Notes: generated by a model from the sequence alone, not told the origin. A stretch of DNA of 64,000 nucleotides from Acetobacteraceae bacterium (GCA_965260935.1 OZ253374.1:3608755-3672754); one strand, 5' to 3'. Shown: positions 18,834-29,793, counted from the first letter of the stretch. Numbers and translations are program-made.

Positions 18834-19373
18834 ATGACGGCACGCGTCGTATCCATAGCGGCCGACGGCTCGCACCGGTTCAGCAAGCCGGTGCAGCGGC
18901 AAATCGAGCTTGAGGCAGGCTTGGGCGTTGTCGGCGACGCGCATTGCGGCGTCACGGTCAAGCATCGTTCCCGCGTGTCACGGGATCCGTCGCAACCAAA
19001 TCGACGTCAGGTGCATCTCCTGCATCAGGAATTGCTCCAAGAGCTTGCAAGCCAGGGTTTTACCGTTTCTGCGGGCGACATCGGCGAGAATATCCTGACC
19101 CGCGGGATCGACCTGCTCGCCTTGCCCCAGGGCGCGGTCTTGCGGCTCGGCGACAGGGCTGCCGTACAGATAACCGGCTTGCGCAATCCCTGCCGGCAGC
19201 TCGACGACTTCCAACCTGGACTCATGGCGGCAACCCTCGGCCGTGACGCGCAAGGCGGCTTGGTGCGCAAGGCAGGGGTGATGGCAGTCGTGCTGGAAAG
19301 CGGAACAGTCCGTCCAGGCGACCTGATCGAGACCGAGATGCCGTCGGAACGCATTCCGTTGGTGCCCGTCTGA
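18834..19373 (+). CDS. MOSC domain-containing protein
   Basis: 179 aa from the ATG at 18834: ...LEAGLGVVGDAHCG...QVHLLHQELLQEL...GDIGENILTRGIDLLALP...ITGLRNPCRQLD. Confidence 0.75.
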   Translation: MTARVVSIAADGSHRFSKPVQRQIELEAGLGVVGDAHCGVTVKHRSRVSRDPSQPNRRQVHLLHQELLQELASQGFTVSAGDIGENILTRGIDLLALPQGAVLRLGDRAAVQITGLRNPCRQLDDFQPGLMAATLGRDAQGGLVRKAGVMAVVLESGTVRPGDLIETEMPSERIPLVPV

Positions 19374-19427
19374 GCAACCCGATGCCTACCAATGCGCTGT
19401 AATGACTTGAATAAAGGATAACCGACG

Positions 19428-19793
19428 ATGTCCGACAATCCACTCGAAACAAACCCGGAGCGCGACGCCGAGATCAAGGCGCGTGCCACAGCGATGTGGG
19501 AGGAGGCCGGTCGTCCCGACGGTAAGATGGACGAGTACATGGAGCGGGCGGACGAACTGGTCCGAATGGAACTGGCCGGCAAGCCGGGCCAATTGCCGAA
19601 CCCGATGGACGACCCGTCGCCGGTCCCGGGCGTGATTGTCGAGGAGGCCTCGATCCAGGAGAACCTCGGCGAGTTGCCGGGGGCGCGCGGATTGCCCGAC
19701 CAAGGCGAATGGCGCGAAACGCCGATGACGAGGGAGAAGCTGAACCACGGAGGCGAAGAGCAGCCTCCCAGGGCCGATTCACCGGAAGCCTGA
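19428..19793 (+). CDS. Small acidic hypothetical protein (DUF2934-like N-terminus)
   Basis: 121 aa. IKARATAMWEEAGRPDGKMDEYMERADELV resembles the DUF2934 motif. Third-position GC is high. Confidence 0.5.
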   Translation: MSDNPLETNPERDAEIKARATAMWEEAGRPDGKMDEYMERADELVRMELAGKPGQLPNPMDDPSPVPGVIVEEASIQENLGELPGARGLPDQGEWRETPMTREKLNHGGEEQPPRADSPEA

Positions 19794-19904
19794 AAATGGC
19801 GCTGGCATCAAGCACGTCAGCACGCCAATAAATTTAGCCAGTGAAAACATAGACTTAAAACTCGTTCACTCGATTAGGCCGTCGTAGTGGCGGCCAAACG
19901 AACC

Positions 19905-20363
19905 CTAAGCCTTGCGTAGGGCGGCGCTGGCCACCCGATCAAGCGCGGACAGGAAGCGTGAGCGGTCCGCCTTGGTCATTGCTGGCTGGCCGCCGCCATT
20001 CGCGCCGATCTCCCGGAGGTGGCGCGAGATCTCGCGGCCAGCCAATGCCGTGCCGATGTTCGCCTCGGTCCAGATATGCCCCGTGCCCGACAAGGCCCGG
20101 GCGCCGCGCTTCAAACAGCGGGCGGCCAATGGTATGTCGCTCGTTACGCAGATATCGGCAGGCCCGGCCCGTTCGGCGATCCAGTCGTCCGCCGCGTCCG
20201 CGGCATCGCCGACAACGACCATGCGCACGTTCGCATATCCGGGCGGGCGAATAGGACGGGAGCCGTTGGACACGACCACCACTGAAAGGGCGAGCCGCGC
20301 CGCGACCCGGTAGGTTTCCTCGCGGACGGGACATGCGTCGCCATCGACAAAGACCGTCGTCAA
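19905..20363 (-). CDS. yaiI: YaiI/YqxD (UPF0178/DUF188) family protein
   Basis: [24 protein letters not shown]...[41 protein letters not shown]. The proposed TTG start at 20363 overlaps the leuB stop (TTGA). Confidence 0.65.
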   Translation of the reverse strand: MTTVFVDGDACPVREETYRVAARLALSVVVVSNGSRPIRPPGYANVRMVVVGDAADAADDWIAERAGPADICVTSDIPLAARCLKRGARALSGTGHIWTEANIGTALAGREISRHLREIGANGGGQPAMTKADRSRFLSALDRVASAALRKA

Positions 20364-21472
20364 GCGGCCAGCTTGTCCAACTCGCGCAGCACGCTCTCGC
20401 CCATCACCGACGTCCCGACCTTGGCGGTCCCGGGCGCCATCACATCGGCCGTGCGAAGGCCGCTGGCCAGCACGTTCGTGCATGCCCTTTCGATTATCGC
20501 CGCGTCTTCCTCCATGTCGAACGAGTAGCGCAGCAGCATCGCGAAGCTGAGGATCTGCGCCATCGGGTTGGCGATGCCGCGCCCGGCGATGTCGGGGGCG
20601 CTGCCATGGATCGGCTCATACAAGGCATGGCGTCGCCCGGCGCCGTCCGGCGCGCCAAGCGTCGCGGACGGAAGCATCCCGAGGCTCCCGGTCAACATGC
20701 TGGACAGATCGGACAGCAGGTCGCCGAATAGGTTGCCGGTGACAATGACGTCGAACTGCCGCGGGTTGCGGACAAGCTGCATCGCGCAGTTGTCGGCATA
20801 CATGTGGCTCAGCTCCACGTCCTTGAACTCCCGCTCATGCAATGCGCCGACGGTGCGCCGCCACATCAGGCCGCTCTGCATGACGTTCGCCTTCTCCACG
20901 CTGCACACCCGGTTCTGGCGCTTGCGGGCCAGCTCGAACGCCACCTTGGCAACGCGCTCGACCTCCTTCGTCGTATAAACCTCGGTGTCGAATCCGCGCT
21001 CCTGGCCGTCGGGCAGGGTCTCGACGCCGCGCGGCTCGCCGAAATAAATGCCGCCCGTGCTTTCGCGGACGATCATCAGGTCAAGCCCGCGGACGATGTC
21101 GGGCTTGAGCGGACTCGCGTCCACCAGCGGATTGAGCACGAGTGCCGGGCGCAGGTTGGCGAACAGGTCAAGCTCCTTGCGCAGCCGCAGGATGGCGATC
21201 TCGGGCCGCATGTCGAAGCCGAGCGTGTCCCACCGCGGCCCGCCCACGGCGCCGAACAGCACCGCGTCCGCCTGGCGCGCGGCCTCGAGCGTCTCGTCGG
21301 TGATCGGCGTGCCGCGCCTGTCGATGCTGGCGCCGCCCACCAGATCCTCGGTCAGGTCGAACGTCACCGCGCGGCGGCGATCCATCCAGTCAATGATCCG
21401 CCGGACCTCGCGCATGATCTCGGGGCCAACGCCGTCCCCAGGCAAAACCAGCAGTTTCTTGTTGGACGGCAT
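20360..21472 (-). CDS. leuB: 3-isopropylmalate dehydrogenase
   Basis: 370 aa: [15 protein letters not shown]...[11 protein letters not shown]...[16 protein letters not shown]...[24 protein letters not shown]. Confidence 0.92.
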   Translation of the reverse strand: MPSNKKLLVLPGDGVGPEIMREVRRIIDWMDRRRAVTFDLTEDLVGGASIDRRGTPITDETLEAARQADAVLFGAVGGPRWDTLGFDMRPEIAILRLRKELDLFANLRPALVLNPLVDASPLKPDIVRGLDLMIVRESTGGIYFGEPRGVETLPDGQERGFDTEVYTTKEVERVAKVAFELARKRQNRVCSVEKANVMQSGLMWRRTVGALHEREFKDVELSHMYADNCAMQLVRNPRQFDVIVTGNLFGDLLSDLSSMLTGSLGMLPSATLGAPDGAGRRHALYEPIHGSAPDIAGRGIANPMAQILSFAMLLRYSFDMEEDAAIIERACTNVLASGLRTADVMAPGTAKVGTSVMGESVLRELDKLAA

Positions 21473-21596
21473 ACGGTAACCCTTCGCGTGAACTGCCTAG
21501 CGTGAAACGCTTTTCCCGGCCCGGCAATCGATGCGTAAGCGACATGAGACCTAATCGTCAAGCTTTGTCGGCATGAACAGGTCGTCAGCCTAAGAA

Positions 21597-22217
21597 CTAT
21601 ACGGAGAGGGCCGGCAACCAATCCGCGCTTTGCTGGCGCTTCGCTTCGAACGTGTCGATCGCGGCCTCGCGCTGCAACGTCTGGCCAATGTCGTCGAGGC
21701 CGCTCAGCAGCAGGTGCCTGCGGAACTGGTCGATGGTGAACGCGACCTCCTCCCCATTCGGGCGGATCACGACTTGCCTACCCAGATCGACAGTCAGGCG
21801 GGCGTTTCCCCCAAGGACGGCGTCCTCCATCAGTTGGTCGCACACCGCGCGGGGGAGCTGAATCGGCAGGATGCCGTTCTTGAAGCAATTGGTATGGAAG
21901 ATGTCGGCGAAACTCGGCGCGATGACGCAGCGGATGCCGAAATCGAGCAAGGCCCAAGGCGCGTGCTCGCGGGATGACCCGCAGCCGAAGTTCTCATGCG
22001 CGATCAGGATTTGGGCGTTGCGGTAGCTGGGCTGGTTGAGCACGAAGCCGGGCCGCTCCCGTCCCTCGCCGTCGTAGCGCAGAACGTCGAACAGATGCAT
22101 CCCAAGCCCGGTGCGCTTGATGGTCTTAAGGAAGCGGGCCGGAATGATCTTGTCGGTGTCGATGTTGGCCAGCGGCAACGGCGCAGCGACGGCGGAAAGG
22201 GTCGTGAACGCTTCCAT
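21597..22217 (-). CDS. leuD: 3-isopropylmalate dehydratase small subunit
   Basis: [39 protein letters not shown]...[38 protein letters not shown]. The ATG at 22217 overlaps the leuC stop (ATGA). Confidence 0.9.
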   Translation of the reverse strand: MEAFTTLSAVAAPLPLANIDTDKIIPARFLKTIKRTGLGMHLFDVLRYDGEGRERPGFVLNQPSYRNAQILIAHENFGCGSSREHAPWALLDFGIRCVIAPSFADIFHTNCFKNGILPIQLPRAVCDQLMEDAVLGGNARLTVDLGRQVVIRPNGEEVAFTIDQFRRHLLLSGLDDIGQTLQREAAIDTFEAKRQQSADWLPALSV

Positions 22218-23617
22218 CAGGCGAAATCCCTGACATCCGCCAACCGCCCGGCAACCGCCGCGGCGGCGGCCATGGCCGGGGAAAGCAGATGGGTCCGCCC
22301 GCCCGGCCCTTGCCGCCCCTCGAAGTTGCGGTTGCTCGTACTGGCGCAGCGTTGGCCGGGCTTCAGCTTGTCGGGGTTCATCCCCAGGCACATGCTGCAC
22401 CCGGCCTCCCGCCACTCGAACCCCGCATCCAGGAACACCTGGTCCAACCCCTCGGCCTCCGCCTGCCGCTTCACCACGCCGGAGCCTGGGACAACCATGG
22501 CGCGGACCCCGGACGCCACCCGCCGCCCGCGCGCGACCGAGGCCGCGGCGCGCATGTCCTCGATGCGCCCGTTTGTGCAACTGCCGATGAACACGGCATC
22601 GACCGGGATGTCGGTCATCCGCTGGCCGGGCTGCAGCGCCATGTAGTCCAGCATCCGCTGCATCTGCGCCCGCGCCGCCATATCCGGCTCCCCGGCAGGA
22701 TCGGGCACGGCGCCGTTGATCGCCACGACGGCCTCCGGGTTCGTGCCCCACGTGACCATTGGCTGGATCTCGGCCGCGTCGAGCACGACGACGCGGTCGT
22801 GCGTCGCGCCCTCGTCCGAAGGCAGCGTGCGCCAATATTCGATCGCCCGCTCCAGCGCCTCGCCCTGGGGCGCGAAGGGGCGGCCCCGGATATAGTCGAA
22901 CGTCACGTCGTCCGGCGCGATCATGCCGGCGCGGGCGCCCGCCTCGATGCTCATATTGCAGATCGTCATCCGCCCGGCCATGTCGAGCCCGCGGATCGCC
23001 TCGCCCCCGTACTCGATCACGTGGCCCGTGCCGCCGGCCGTGCCGATGCGGCCGATGATGGCCAGCATGACATCCTTCGCGGTCACGCCCAGGCCAAGCC
23101 GGCCATCGACGCGGACCAGCATGTTCCGGGCCGGCTTCTGCAGCAGCGTCTGCGTCGCCAGCACGTGCTCCACCTCGCTGGTGCCGATGCCGAACGCCAA
23201 CGCCCCCAACGCGCCATGCGTGCTGGTATGGCTGTCGCCGCAGACGATCGTGAAGCCCGGCAGGCTGATCCCCTGCTCCGGGCCGATGATATGAACGATG
23301 CCCTGCCGCACGTCCCGCAACGGAAAGAACGGGACGGCGAACTCCGCCACGTTGCGCTCAAGCGTTTCCACCTGGATGCGGCTCTGCTCCTCAACGATCG
23401 GCTGGCTGCGGTCGCTGGTCGGCACGTTGTGGTCAACCACGGCGATCGTCGCATCCGGCCGGCGCACCCGGCGTCCGGCGAGCCGCAAGCCCTCGAACGC
23501 CTGCGGGCTCGTCACCTCATGCAGGAGGTGACGGTCGATATAAAGGATGCACGTCCCGTCATCGAGCCGGTCAACGACGTGGCTGTCCCAAACCTTGTCG
23601 AACAGCGTGTGCGGCAT
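22217..23617 (-). CDS. leuC: 3-isopropylmalate dehydratase large subunit
   Basis: [15 protein letters not shown]...[20 protein letters not shown]...[24 protein letters not shown]...[13 protein letters not shown]. The start at 23617 has a GGAGAGG RBS. Confidence 0.92.
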   Translation of the reverse strand: MPHTLFDKVWDSHVVDRLDDGTCILYIDRHLLHEVTSPQAFEGLRLAGRRVRRPDATIAVVDHNVPTSDRSQPIVEEQSRIQVETLERNVAEFAVPFFPLRDVRQGIVHIIGPEQGISLPGFTIVCGDSHTSTHGALGALAFGIGTSEVEHVLATQTLLQKPARNMLVRVDGRLGLGVTAKDVMLAIIGRIGTAGGTGHVIEYGGEAIRGLDMAGRMTICNMSIEAGARAGMIAPDDVTFDYIRGRPFAPQGEALERAIEYWRTLPSDEGATHDRVVVLDAAEIQPMVTWGTNPEAVVAINGAVPDPAGEPDMAARAQMQRMLDYMALQPGQRMTDIPVDAVFIGSCTNGRIEDMRAAASVARGRRVASGVRAMVVPGSGVVKRQAEAEGLDQVFLDAGFEWREAGCSMCLGMNPDKLKPGQRCASTSNRNFEGRQGPGGRTHLLSPAMAAAAAVAGRLADVRDFA

Positions 23618-23637
23618 TTTGCCTCTCCTCTGGCGTG

Positions 23638-24048
23638 TTACTCGGCGGCGGTGTCCGACGCCGGGGCGGCATCGGCGCCGGGCGCGATCTCGCGGGCGCG
23701 CTCGGCGATGCGGGCGGACTTGCCGCGGCGTCCGCGCAGATAATACAGCTTGGCCCGGCGTACGTCGCCCCGGCGCACCACCACGATCTCGGCGATTGTC
23801 GGCGCATACAACGGGAACACGCGCTCCACGCCCTCGCCGTAGCTGATCTTGCGCACGGTGAAGTTGCTGTTGATCCCCTTGTTCGAGCGCGCGATGCACA
23901 CGCCCTCGTAGGCCTGGATACGCCGCCGCTCGCCCTCGACCACGCGCACCATGACCCGCACCGTGTCGCCCGCCTGGAAACGCGGCACCGCCCGCTCCGC
24001 GGTGAGCTTCTCGATCTGCTCGGCCTCGAGCGTCTGGATGATGTTCAT
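23638..24048 (-). CDS. rplS: 50S ribosomal protein L19
   Basis: [83 protein letters not shown]. Confidence 0.92.
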   Translation of the reverse strand: MNIIQTLEAEQIEKLTAERAVPRFQAGDTVRVMVRVVEGERRRIQAYEGVCIARSNKGINSNFTVRKISYGEGVERVFPLYAPTIAEIVVVRRGDVRRAKLYYLRGRRGKSARIAERAREIAPGADAAPASDTAAE

Positions 24049-24073
24049 CGGTAGGTCCTTTCGATCTGCTGTG

Positions 24074-24787
24074 TTACGGCGCGGCGGCCGGGCTGTCCAT
24101 GTGCGCGCGCCAAAGATCTGGGCGGCGGATTTGCGTGGCCTGCTCGGACTGCGCCCGCCGCCAGGCAGCGATCTCCCCATGATGCCCGGACAGCAGCACG
24201 GGCGGCACGGCGCGGCCCTGCCATTCGGCGGGACGGGTATAATGCGGGTACTCCAGCAGCCCGGCGCTGAAGCTCTCCTCCAACGCGCTCTCGGCCGCGC
24301 CCATCACCCCGGGCAACAGCCGGACGCAGGCGTCGAGCAGCACCATGGCGGGAAGCTCGCCCCCGGACAGCACGTAATCCCCGATGCTGACCTCCTCGAT
24401 CCCGCGCGCGTCGAGGATGCGCTGATCGACCCCCTCGTAACGCGCGCAGACCAGGACCAGGCCAGGGCCGGCGGCGAACTGGCGCACGCGGTCCTGCCGC
24501 AGCGGCACGCCGCGCGGGGACAGGTAGATGATCGGGCGGGCATCCGTGTGCCCCAAGGCGGCGCGGTCCAGGGCGGCGTCCAATACGTCCGGGCGCATGA
24601 CCATCCCCGCGCCGCCGCCGAACGGCGTGTCGTCCACGGTGCGATGGCGGTCGGTCGCCGCGGCGCGGATGTCCTGGACATCGAGCGACCACCGCCCATG
24701 CTCAAGCGCCCGCCCAGCAAGCGATTGTCCGAGCGGCCCGGGGAACATGGCTGGGAACAGGGTGAGGATCGTAGCCCGCCAACTCAC
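24074..24787 (-). CDS. trmD: tRNA (guanine37-N1)-methyltransferase
   Basis: The GTG start at 24787 overlaps the rimM stop (GTGA). Sequence: [23 protein letters not shown]...[18 protein letters not shown]...[12 protein letters not shown]...[20 protein letters not shown]. Confidence 0.9.
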   Translation of the reverse strand: MSWRATILTLFPAMFPGPLGQSLAGRALEHGRWSLDVQDIRAAATDRHRTVDDTPFGGGAGMVMRPDVLDAALDRAALGHTDARPIIYLSPRGVPLRQDRVRQFAAGPGLVLVCARYEGVDQRILDARGIEEVSIGDYVLSGGELPAMVLLDACVRLLPGVMGAAESALEESFSAGLLEYPHYTRPAEWQGRAVPPVLLSGHHGEIAAWRRAQSEQATQIRRPDLWRAHMDSPAAAP

Positions 24788-25293
24788 GGCCGGGCCTCCA
24801 CCTCGGGCGGAAGCACCACCGTCACCTGCCGGGCGGCGAGGTCGATCTCCGGCACGCAGGCCCGGGTGAACGGGACGAGCACCGGAGCGCCCTCCCCCGC
24901 GATCTCCAGGCTCGGCCCGGCGCCGTAATCGTGCACCGTGGAGACCCGGCCGAGCGTCGCCCCGCCCGGCCCGACCGCGCGCAAACCGATCAGGTCCGCA
25001 AGGTAGAACTCGTCCGGCTCCGGGGCGGGAAGACGGTCCCGGTCGATGTAAAGGCGCGTGTTGGTCAGCGCCGCCGCCGCGTCGCGGTCCGACACGGCCT
25101 TGCCGTCCGCCGCCCGCAACTGGGCGATGCCCGCGCCCTTCCACTCAACCGTCCAGCCCCGCCCGCCCTCGTCGGTGAGCGGGGCGTAGGCCGAGAGGTC
25201 GGCCGGCTCGGCGGTGTAGCTGTGCACGCGCACCAGCCCGCGCACGCCGTGCGGCCGCCCGATCACGCCCAGCAGGATGCGCTCGCTCGGCAA
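24784..25293 (-). CDS. rimM: Ribosome maturation factor RimM
   Basis: 169 aa: [25 protein letters not shown]...[10 protein letters not shown]...[17 protein letters not shown]. Confidence 0.88.
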   Translation of the reverse strand: MPSERILLGVIGRPHGVRGLVRVHSYTAEPADLSAYAPLTDEGGRGWTVEWKGAGIAQLRAADGKAVSDRDAAAALTNTRLYIDRDRLPAPEPDEFYLADLIGLRAVGPGGATLGRVSTVHDYGAGPSLEIAGEGAPVLVPFTRACVPEIDLAARQVTVVLPPEVEARP

Positions 25294-25296
25294 GGC

Positions 25297-25629
25297 TTAA
25301 CCGGCGGCGGCCTTGGCCCGTTCCTGCGCCTTCTTCTTCGGCGCGGACTGGATCGGCTGCTCGCGCCACGCCGGCATCGGCGCCAGCCCGGCATGGCCGA
25401 GGAACCGGGCGACGCGCTCGGTCGGCTGCGCCCCCTGGCTCATCCAATGCGTGATGCGCTCGCCCTGCAGGCGGACGCGCTCCCCATGCTCGGCCGGCAG
25501 CATCGGGTTGTAGCTGCCGACCTTCTCCAGGAACGCGCCGTCGCGCGGGCTGCGGCTGTCGGCGATCACGATATGGTAGTACGGGCGCTTCTTGGCGCCG
25601 GCGCGGGCAAGGCGGATCTTAAGTGACAT
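25297..25629 (-). CDS. rpsP: 30S ribosomal protein S16
   Basis: [44 protein letters not shown]. Confidence 0.92.
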   Translation of the reverse strand: MSLKIRLARAGAKKRPYYHIVIADSRSPRDGAFLEKVGSYNPMLPAEHGERVRLQGERITHWMSQGAQPTERVARFLGHAGLAPMPAWREQPIQSAPKKKAQERAKAAAG

Positions 25630-25645
25630 AAAACGTCCTTCTGCT

Positions 25646-27022
25646 TCAGAATGGTCGGCGTTGTTGCATGGACTTGGGCAGGATCGCGCCCATGCCCTGC
25701 CGCATCAGCCCCTTCTGGCCGAGCTTGCCCATGCGCTTCATCATGGTGGACATGTCGTCGAACTGCTTCAGCAGGCGGTTGACCTCCTGCACCGTCGTCC
25801 CCGACCCGGCCGCGATCCGCTTCTTGCGGCTCGCCTTGATCAGGTCCGGCGTTTTGCGCTCTTTGCCCGTCATCGAGCCGATGATCGCCGCCTGACGCTT
25901 CAGCACGGACGTGTCGAGCTTCGCATCGTCGATCTGCGCCTTCATCTTGCCGATGCCGGGCAGCATCCCGAGGATGCCGGACAGGCTGCCCATCTTGCTG
26001 ATCTGCTTGAGCTGGTTGGCGTAGTCCTCAAGGTCGAACTTGCCGCGCATCATCCGGCGCGCGAGCTTCTCGGCCTCCTCCTCGTCGATCGTCTCCCCGG
26101 CCTTCTCGACCAGGCCCACGATGTCGCCCATGCCGAGGATGCGCCCGGCCACGCGCTCCGGGTGGAAGTCCTCCAGCGCGTCGAGCTTCTCGCCCGAGCC
26201 GGTCAGCTTGATCGGCGCGCCGGTCACCTGCCGCATCGACAGCGCCGCCCCTCCCCGCGCGTCGCCATCCATCCGCGTCAGCACGATCCCGGTGACGCCG
26301 AGCGCCTCGTTGAAGGCGCGGGCCGTGTTCACCGCGTCCTGGCCCGTCATGGCGTCCACCACCAGCAGCGTCTCGGCCGGGTGCGTGGCGAAGCGGATCG
26401 ACTGCACCTCGCTCATCAGCTCCTGGTCGATCGACAGCCGGCCCGCGGTGTCGAGGATCACGATGTCGTACACCTCGCGCCGCCCGGCCTCCATCGCGCG
26501 CTGGGCGATCTGCACGGGTGTCTGGCCGGGAACGATCGGCAGGCTATCAACGCCGGCTTGCTGGGCCAGCAACTGCAACTGAAGCTGCGCCGCCGGTCGC
26601 TGCGTGTCGAGGCTCGCCAACAACACCCGCTTGCGCTCCCGCTTGGCCAGGCGCAACGCCAGCTTGCCTGAGGTCGTGGTCTTGCCCGACCCTTGCAGCC
26701 CGACCATCAGCACCGGGATCGGCGCGGGCGCGTTCAGGTTGAGCGGAACCGCGCCCGCCCCGCCCAGAGCCTCCACGAGCTGGTCGTTGACGATCTTGAT
26801 GACGAGCTGCCCGGGGCTGACGCTCTCCAGCACCTCCGCCTCGAGCGCGCGGGCGCGCACGGCCTCGATGAAATCCCGCACCACGGGCAACGCCACGTCG
26901 GCCTCGAGCATCGCCAAACGGACCTCGCGCAACGCGTCGGCGACATCGGCCTCGCTGAGGCGCCCGCGGGCGCGGAGGCGATCGAAAACGCCGGACAGCT
27001 TGCCCGAAAGCGTGTCGAACAT
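25646..27022 (-). CDS. ffh: Signal recognition particle protein Ffh
   Basis: The start was chosen at [27 protein letters not shown] (ATG at 27022). It has [21 protein letters not shown] and [14 protein letters not shown] motifs and a Met-rich M domain. Confidence 0.92.
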   Translation of the reverse strand: MFDTLSGKLSGVFDRLRARGRLSEADVADALREVRLAMLEADVALPVVRDFIEAVRARALEAEVLESVSPGQLVIKIVNDQLVEALGGAGAVPLNLNAPAPIPVLMVGLQGSGKTTTSGKLALRLAKRERKRVLLASLDTQRPAAQLQLQLLAQQAGVDSLPIVPGQTPVQIAQRAMEAGRREVYDIVILDTAGRLSIDQELMSEVQSIRFATHPAETLLVVDAMTGQDAVNTARAFNEALGVTGIVLTRMDGDARGGAALSMRQVTGAPIKLTGSGEKLDALEDFHPERVAGRILGMGDIVGLVEKAGETIDEEEAEKLARRMMRGKFDLEDYANQLKQISKMGSLSGILGMLPGIGKMKAQIDDAKLDTSVLKRQAAIIGSMTGKERKTPDLIKASRKKRIAAGSGTTVQEVNRLLKQFDDMSTMMKRMGKLGQKGLMRQGMGAILPKSMQQRRPF

Positions 27023-27161
27023 AAGGGACACCCCCGAACGAGTAAGGCGCCGCTGCGCGAACCCTCGCGGAGCGGCGTTAAGAAGCCGCGTTCGATACCC
27101 GCTGCGGCGCGGAACGTCAATTGCCAGTCGAGGTCGTCCAGGGCAATCGCTTGAAGTGCGG

Positions 27162-28301
27162 TCACGCTGATTGGCGGAGCAAAGCTTCAAGATAGGCGGT
27201 ATCCCAAGCGGCTGATTTCCGACTGACCTTAAGGCTGTGTTTGTCCTTCGGCCCGCGCAGCAGGTTCATCGCCATGTGCCGGACCATGGCCATGTTCTGC
27301 GGCCCGGCACCGGATCGCAGGCGGTTGAGGTCCTCATGGAACACGACATCGAGCACCCAATGCAGGCGGTTCTCGACATGCCAGTGGCACCGCACGGCGT
27401 GTGCGAACAGCTTTGCATCGAGCGGCAAGGACGACAGGTAGTAGCGCCGTTCGGAGCTGGTGCTGGCGTTGCGTTCGACCTCGGCCTCGACGACGGCGAT
27501 GGCCCGCAGGCCCGGGAACCGCGGCTCACCCGGGAACCGGCGGGCGGTAGTGAGCCAGTCCACGTCGTGGCTGACCCAATGGCGGCGGACCTCGATGCGG
27601 CCGTGGTCGCCGTCGGTCGTCTCGAACCGGCTGTGGACCTTGCCCGCGGGATCATCGAGGTAGCGCCTGATCTCGTCATGCAGGCTGGACTGGTTGCCCT
27701 TGAGCGCCAGCAGGTAGTCGCCGCCGCGGTCGAGGACGGCCTGGGCGATCTTGGTTTGCGTGCCCATGGCGTCGATGGTGACAAGCGCCCCGGTCAGCGC
27801 CAGGCGTTCAAGCAGAAGCGGGATGGCGGTGATCTCGTTGGACTTGGCCTCGCACGCCTGTTGGCCGAGCACGAGGCGCTGGCTGCTGGCCCATGCTGAC
27901 ACCATGTGGAGTGGCCCGCGATCCTTGGCACGGTCGTGGGTGCGGCGTGAGGTCTTGCCGTCGATGGCGACGATTTCGGGTGCAGTGGACGGGGCCGGGG
28001 CCGGGTCGCGGAGAGTTTCGACCCAGGCGGTGAAGCACTCGGCAAAGAGCGCGCCGTCGAGAGCGTTGATGACGTCGTTGAGGGTGTCGTGGCTGGGCAC
28101 ACCAGCCTTGAACGGCAGCAGGCGGCGCAGGAACTCCTGATGCGTCTGGCCCCAGCGCCTGATTTCAACGAAGTCTTCCGCGCCGGCCAGCGTGGCGCAG
28201 AGCACGACCAGCAGAACCTCGGGCAACGGAAACAGCACCTTCCAGGACTGACGCGGATCCTCCAGCACCGCGAAGTGGTCGATCAGCGATGGGCCGGGCA
28301 T
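27162..28301 (-). CDS. ISAs1-family transposase (H-repeat-associated type)
   Basis: 379-aa uninterrupted ORF: LIDHFAVLEDPRQSWKVLFPLPEVLLVVLCATLAGAEDFVEIRRWG...VAIDGKTSRR...VTIDAMGTQTKIA...RCHWHVENRLHWVLDVVFHED. Confidence 0.85.
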   Translation of the reverse strand: MPGPSLIDHFAVLEDPRQSWKVLFPLPEVLLVVLCATLAGAEDFVEIRRWGQTHQEFLRRLLPFKAGVPSHDTLNDVINALDGALFAECFTAWVETLRDPAPAPSTAPEIVAIDGKTSRRTHDRAKDRGPLHMVSAWASSQRLVLGQQACEAKSNEITAIPLLLERLALTGALVTIDAMGTQTKIAQAVLDRGGDYLLALKGNQSSLHDEIRRYLDDPAGKVHSRFETTDGDHGRIEVRRHWVSHDVDWLTTARRFPGEPRFPGLRAIAVVEAEVERNASTSSERRYYLSSLPLDAKLFAHAVRCHWHVENRLHWVLDVVFHEDLNRLRSGAGPQNMAMVRHMAMNLLRGPKDKHSLKVSRKSAAWDTAYLEALLRQSA

Positions 28302-28302
28302 C

Positions 28303-28330
28303 GGGAAACCTCCTCAACGAGAGGTTTCCC
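28303..28330 (-). promoter_or_regulatory. Hairpin that sequesters the ISAs1 transposase Shine-Dalgarno sequence
   Basis: On the coding strand, GGGAAACCTC-tcgttgag-GAGGTTTCCC ends 1 nt before the ATG at 28301. It is a perfect 10-bp stem, and its 3' arm contains the GAGG SD. Confidence 0.5.
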
Positions 28331-28761
28331 ATGAATCAGACTTCAGGCCGCGCCGGAATCCCAGTACGGTTCAAGCGATTGCCCTGCGAGGTCGTCCGCT
28401 CGATACGGCTTTGCGCCTTGCCGGCAGCCATGTCGGCTGGCCGGTATGCGCGAGGGCTTGCAGGCGGCGGCGCGCGGAAAGCGGCTCTCACGCCGCTCGC
28501 CCGACAGGGCGGCTGGCGTCGGCAGCACGCCAAGGCTGGGCGTGACCTCGATCAAACAGAAGCGCCCGGCTGCGATCCGCCTCAAAGGATCTCGGCAAGC
28601 CCCGGCAACCACCCGCTGTCATTCCGTAATGTCAGGGCCTTCGCGCGAAGCCGTCCAACACCTCCTTGCCAAGCCGTTCCGGGCCGCAAAGGCTGGAACC
28701 CGCGTCCACCCACGCCATATCGGCCATGCCACCGCGAACCGCAAAGCGAAAAGGCTCACCG

Positions 28762-29793
28762 ATGCGGCTTTCCGTCCTCGACCAATCAACCGTCGTTTCC
28801 GGCCGCAGCCCCGGCGAAAGCATCCGCGAAACGCTGCAACTTGCCAAGCATTGCGAGGCCCTGGGCTACTCCCGCTACTGGCTCGCCGAGCACCACAACA
28901 GCGCAAGCATCGCCGGCTCCGCTCCCGAGGTGCTGATGGCAGCGGTCGCGGCGGCCACCCAGCGTATCCGGGTCGGCAGCGCGGGCATTATGCTGCCGCA
29001 CTATTCCAGCCTGAAAGTGGCCGAGCAGTTCCGCGTCCTTGAAGCAATCGCGCCCGGACGGATCGACATGGGATTGGGCCGTGCGCCGGGCTCGGACGGC
29101 CGCACCGCCTTCGCGCTCAACCCGGCGGCCGACACCGCAGCCGACCACTTCCCGGCCCAGGTCCGCGACCTGCTGAACTGGGTCCGGGGCGAGGCGCTGG
29201 CCGACGGCCACCCGTTCCGGGACATCGTCGCCCAGCCCGCGGGCGCCTCAGCGCCCGAATCCTGGATCTTGGGCAGCAGCGATTACGGCGCCCAGGTCGC
29301 CGCCTATTTCGGCCTGCCCTACTGCTTCGCCCATTTCATCACCGACGGTCGCGGCGCGGCCCAGGCGCTCGATGTCTACCGCGCGCAATTCCGCCCGAGC
29401 GCGCTTCATCCGAAGCCTTACGCAACCGTCGCCGTATGGGCCATGACGGCGGAAACGGATACGGCGGTCGAGGCCCAGTATCGGAGCCGGGCATTGTGGC
29501 GGCTCTGGCGGGACCGCGGCGTGTTCGAGCCGCTGCCCAGTCCGGAGGAGGCCGCTGCCTACGAGTATAGCCCTGCCGAGCAGGCAAGGGTCGAAGCTGG
29601 CCGCACGCGGGCGCTCGTTGGCTCGCCGGCCACCGTCGCTGACATGCTGCGTGGCCTCGCAAGCAAGCTGCGGATCGACGAGATCGCGGTGTTGACCGCG
29701 CTGCACGACGCCGAGGCGCGGCGTCGCAGCTACGCGCTTCTAGCGGAAGCGGTCGGGATAACGCCGGGCCGGATCGGTTTGGCTGCGGCCTGA
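28762..29793 (+). CDS. LLM-class flavin-dependent oxidoreductase (luciferase-like monooxygenase family)
   Basis: MRLSVLDQSTVVSGRSPGESIRETLQLAKHCEALGYSRYWLAEHHNSASIAGSAPEVLMAAVAAATQRIRVGSAGIMLPHYSSLKVAEQF...GLGRAPGSD. Confidence 0.8.
   Translation: MRLSVLDQSTVVSGRSPGESIRETLQLAKHCEALGYSRYWLAEHHNSASIAGSAPEVLMAAVAAATQRIRVGSAGIMLPHYSSLKVAEQFRVLEAIAPGRIDMGLGRAPGSDGRTAFALNPAADTAADHFPAQVRDLLNWVRGEALADGHPFRDIVAQPAGASAPESWILGSSDYGAQVAAYFGLPYCFAHFITDGRGAAQALDVYRAQFRPSALHPKPYATVAVWAMTAETDTAVEAQYRSRALWRLWRDRGVFEPLPSPEEAAAYEYSPAEQARVEAGRTRALVGSPATVADMLRGLASKLRIDEIAVLTALHDAEARRRSYALLAEAVGITPGRIGLAAA

Larger units (their letters stand above)
27139..28386 (-). mobile_element. ISAs1-family insertion sequence, intact, with a target-site duplication
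   Basis: A perfect 17-bp terminal inverted repeat, CAGGGCAATCGCTTGAA, lies at 27139-27155, and its complement at 28370-28386. A 10-bp direct repeat CGAGGTCGTC flanks it at 27129-27138 and 28387-28396. Confidence 0.85.

Noticed and set aside
28397-28761. The 365-bp gap between the ISAs1 element and the LLM oxidoreductase, which contains several listed ORFs (28343..28612, 28446..29042 and others)
   Set aside because: None of the frames has a recognisable motif or a convincing codon bias. This is probably the displaced upstream region of ffh plus the LLM promoter.
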